From Acinetobacter wanghuae (GTDB lineage Bacteria; Pseudomonadota; Gammaproteobacteria; Pseudomonadales; Moraxellaceae): 32,000 nt of DNA. The DNA is taken from positions 540,001-572,000 of the forward strand of contig NZ_CP045650.1 of assembly GCF_009557235.1 (NCBI RefSeq), given 5' to 3'. Of this stretch, positions 29,269 to 32,000 are shown piece after piece (the stretch's first letter is position 1; every line of letters starts with the position of its first letter). A program made the position numbers and the translations under genes. Under the pieces are notes generated by a model that had not been told where the DNA came from, ran no database searches, and was given only the letters and a program-made list of their open reading frames with translations.

Positions 29269-29517
29269 TTATTGAGCTTCAGAAGCAGCAGCTTCTACAA
29301 CAACTTCAGAAGCAGCAACTTCAGAAGCAGCTTCAACAGCAGCAGAAGCTTCAACAGCAGCAGCGTCAGCAGCAGCTTCAGCTTCAGAAGCAGCTTCTAC
29401 AGCTTCAGATGCAGCAACGTTAGCGTCAGCAGCAGCTTCTTCAGTTTTTTTAGCACAACCAACGAAAGCTAAAGTAGTAGCAACTGCAGCAGCAATAGCG
29501 ATTTTTTTGAATAACAT
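29269..29517 (-). CDS. Small Ala/Glu-rich low-complexity lipoprotein (82 aa)
   Basis: The signal peptide and lipobox are MLFKKIAIAAAVATTLAFVGC. The mature part is almost entirely A/E/V/S repeats (EAVEAASEAEAA...). SD is gagag. Codons are dominated by GCA/GCT/GAA/GTT. Confidence 0.65.
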   Translation of the reverse strand: MLFKKIAIAAAVATTLAFVGCAKKTEEAAADANVAASEAVEAASEAEAAADAAAVEASAAVEAASEVAASEVVVEAAASEAQ

Positions 29518-29877
29518 GGCATCACTCTCTAAAATATGAGATTAAAAATAACCGACGTTAGCCTGTTGTGTGCTTTTATTATTCCTAATTGTGTTAGGTA
29601 CTAACAACGCAGGAGCAGTCTAACTGGTCTGCAAATATGCTATCACTGCGCCTTTTTAAATGCTACTGCCTAACATCAAAAAAACGATAAAAAACACGAA
29701 ATATTGCGAACTTCTTAACAGAAAATAACAATTAATAGGTGGCTTTATATTGGAGAAAGGCGCGTTAAGCATATAAAAACAAAACAATTTTTTGTTCAAA
29801 TATTTTATTTATCATTTACTTGCAAATAAACTTACATTAAATAGATGGCTTTGTGTCTTTATGTAAGTTGTGTCAAC

Positions 29878-29906
29878 CAAAAAAAAGGCCATCGTTTAGA
29901 TGACCT
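29878..29906 (-). terminator. Terminator downstream of rho
   Basis: The minus strand reads aggtcatctaaacgatggcct (one mismatch) followed by ttttttttt. Confidence 0.6.
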
Positions 29907-29935
29907 TTCATTTGAATATAAACTGAAGTCTTAGC

Positions 29936-31204
29936 TTAGTTTGATGCTTTACGTTTCATTTGATCGAAGAAATCATCATTGGTTTTGGTTTCTTTCATGC
30001 GATCTAGTAAGAATTCCATTGCTGCAAGTTCATCTTGAGTATGCAGGAGCTTACGAAGAATCCATACTTTGCGTAGATTATCTTCAGACATGAGACGTTC
30101 TTCACGACGTGTGCCTGATTTTTTGATGTTCATGGCAGGGAATACGCGTTTTTCAGCGATACGGCGATCAAGCGTAATCTCTTGGTTACCTGTACCTTTG
30201 AATTCTTCGTAAATCACTTCATCCATTTTACTACCTGTTTCAATCAAGGCAGTAGAAATGATCGTCAATGAACCACCTTCTTCGATATTACGTGCAGCAC
30301 CGAAGAAACGTTTTGGACGTTCTAGGGCATGTGCATCCACACCACCGGTAAGTACCTTACCAGATGAAGGAATGACAGTGTTGTAAGCACGTGCAAGACG
30401 GGTAATTGAGTCAAGTAGAATCACAACATCTTTTTTGTGTTCAACCAAACGTTTTGCTTTTTCAATCACCATTTCAGCCACTTGTACGTGACGAGCAGGT
30501 GATTCATCAAAGGTCGATGCAACAACTTCACCGCGAACGGTACGTTCCATCTCTGTCACTTCCTCTGGACGTTCATCAATCAGAAGAACGATCAGAATTG
30601 CTTCAGGGTTGTTACGCACAATTGATTGCGCAATGCTTTGTAGCAACATTGTTTTACCCGCTTTTGGCGGTGCAACAATAATTGAACGCTGACCTTTACC
30701 AATCGGTGCAACCAAGTCAATCACACGTGTGGTTAAATCTTCAGTTGTACCGTTACCCAATTCCATCACCAATTGCTCGGTTGGGAAAAGCGGAGTTAAG
30801 TTTTCAAAAAGAATTTTGTTACGTGAGTTTTCAGGCGTGTCGTAGTTAATTTGATTTACTTTTAGTAAAGCAAAATAACGTTCGCCTTCTTTTGGTGGAC
30901 GAATCGTACCGGTAATGGTGTCGCCAGTGCGTAGGTTAAAACGACGAATTTGAGAAGGGCTGACATAAATGTCGTCAGGACCTGCTAAATATGAACCTGC
31001 CGCAGAGCGTAAAAAGCCAAAACCATCTGACAAGATTTCTAGAACGCCATCACCAAAGATTTCTTCGCCATTCATTGCATGACGTTTTAGGATGGCAAAA
31101 ATGATATCTTGCTTACGGTTACGAGCCATACCTTCAAGGCCCATAAACTCAGCAATTTTGATGAGTTCGCCAATCGGTTTTTTCTTAAGTTCGGTTAAAT
31201 TCAT
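29936..31204 (-). CDS. rho: Transcription termination factor Rho
   Basis: [15 protein letters not shown]..., Walker A PPKAGKT, close to E. coli Rho over its full length. Confidence 0.97.
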   Translation of the reverse strand: MNLTELKKKPIGELIKIAEFMGLEGMARNRKQDIIFAILKRHAMNGEEIFGDGVLEILSDGFGFLRSAAGSYLAGPDDIYVSPSQIRRFNLRTGDTITGTIRPPKEGERYFALLKVNQINYDTPENSRNKILFENLTPLFPTEQLVMELGNGTTEDLTTRVIDLVAPIGKGQRSIIVAPPKAGKTMLLQSIAQSIVRNNPEAILIVLLIDERPEEVTEMERTVRGEVVASTFDESPARHVQVAEMVIEKAKRLVEHKKDVVILLDSITRLARAYNTVIPSSGKVLTGGVDAHALERPKRFFGAARNIEEGGSLTIISTALIETGSKMDEVIYEEFKGTGNQEITLDRRIAEKRVFPAMNIKKSGTRREERLMSEDNLRKVWILRKLLHTQDELAAMEFLLDRMKETKTNDDFFDQMKRKASN

Positions 31205-31478
31205 AGGTGGTCAGATAGAATCAATATTCTGAAGGTGCAGGTTAGATTAGGGAGTAACATTCGGCCGCATACAAGCATTCAAACGAAAGCAATTGAATTT
31301 GCACAAGAACAATTCAGAGGTCTGATTGATTGTTTCAATGAAAAATGTGAAAAACAATTTCTATTGCCGAGCGGCATCTTATGTATTGTGTCTTGTAAGA
31401 AATTGACAGGATTTGACATCCTTGATCTCTTGAACATGCAATATAAGAGATCGCACTAAGTTTGTCAATTTATAGGCG

Positions 31479-31510
31479 AAAAAAATACGCAACCGTTGGT
31501 CGCGTATTTT
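31479..31510. terminator. Terminator after trxA, upstream of the rho leader
   Basis: aaaaaaatacgcaaccgttggtcgcgtattttt. Confidence 0.7.
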
Positions 31511-31527
31511 TAAATGAAAAGCGTATC

Positions 31528-31854
31528 TTAGATATTTTCTTCGATGAACGCTGTTAATTTAGATTTAGGTGCAGCGCCCACTTGAGTACCGACAACTTCA
31601 CCGTTTTTGAACATCAATAATGCAGGGATGTTACGGATGTTGTAGTTCACAGCTGTTTGTTCGCAAGAGGTCACGTCTACTTTAACGATTTTCACTTTAC
31701 CTTGGTATTCTTCAGAAAGCACTTCAAGTACAGGTGCAATGGCTTTACAAGGCGCACACCAACCAGCCCAAAAATCTACCAGTACAGGCACGTCAGATTG
31801 AAGTACGTCCGCTTCGAAGTTAGCGTCAGTTGTATTTACGATGTTAGCAGACAT
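31528..31854 (-). CDS. trxA: Thioredoxin 1
   Basis: The start was moved to the ATG at 31854 (ggagcattccATG). The protein is 108 aa with active site WCAPCK and the typical thioredoxin fold pattern. Confidence 0.95.
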   Translation of the reverse strand: MSANIVNTTDANFEADVLQSDVPVLVDFWAGWCAPCKAIAPVLEVLSEEYQGKVKIVKVDVTSCEQTAVNYNIRNIPALLMFKNGEVVGTQVGAAPKSKLTAFIEENI

Positions 31855-32000
31855 GGAATGCTCCAAAATATTTTATAAAAAGATAGCTATATGGATATAA
31901 GTATTACATAGCCAACTTTAACAATGTAGAGGTATATGCAAATTTTCAACCGAATCGCATATTTTGTCTAATTGATGCTCACGATAGATACAATCGTGTT

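Noticed and set aside
29272-29472. 66-aa Ser/Phe-rich ORF on the plus strand
   Set aside because: It is the mirror image of the repetitive GCx/GAA coding DNA of the minus-strand lipoprotein. It has no signal for translation and an implausible composition.
31235-31459. 74-aa plus-strand ORF in the trxA-rho interval
   Set aside because: It has a GTG start without a usable SD and lies antisense to the rho leader. No family resemblance.
31528-31854. The WCAPC active site of thioredoxin, instead of WCGPC, as an anomaly
   Set aside because: As far as I recall this variant is normal for Acinetobacter TrxA, so it is a taxonomic marker rather than a novelty.

Overview
This window looks like ordinary core chromosome from a gammaproteobacterium, most likely Acinetobacter. 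That assignment is inference from AT-rich DNA, a WCAPC thioredoxin, a BaeR-like regulator and the gene order. The backbone is the conserved translation cluster thrS-infC / rpmI-rplT / pheS-pheT-ihfA, followed by rho and trxA on the minus strand. The left half carries the 3' end of a TonB-dependent receptor gene, a two-HKD phospholipase D, several small accessory genes (RcnB-like, psiE, orphans) and two tandem ~600-aa FadE-type acyl-CoA dehydrogenases. It also carries a BaeSR-like two-component system next to a divergent Spy/CpxP/ZraP-like lipoprotein gene, an acyl-CoA synthetase and a Rieske-glutamate-synthase-domain fusion. I found no transposase, integrase, phage gene, CRISPR array, tRNA, rRNA or recognisable defence or toxin-antitoxin module, so I cannot support a claim of a new multi-gene system. 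Six things merit a second look. (1) A ~33-nt GC-rich hairpin repeat family occurs at three loci, including a 177-nt structured spacer between pheS and pheT. (2) The internally duplicated, His-rich LTXXQ lipoprotein is paired with BaeSR. (3) The Rieske-GltS fusion has no known function. (4) A perfect AAGGAGG/CCTCCTT element in a divergent promoter region could be the SD of a 15-codon ORF or an anti-SD in the opposite leader. (5) The translation cluster is broken into three separately terminated units. (6) infC starts at ATT, which the ORF track misses. All product calls rest on remembered family motifs and orthologue sequences, because no searches were run.
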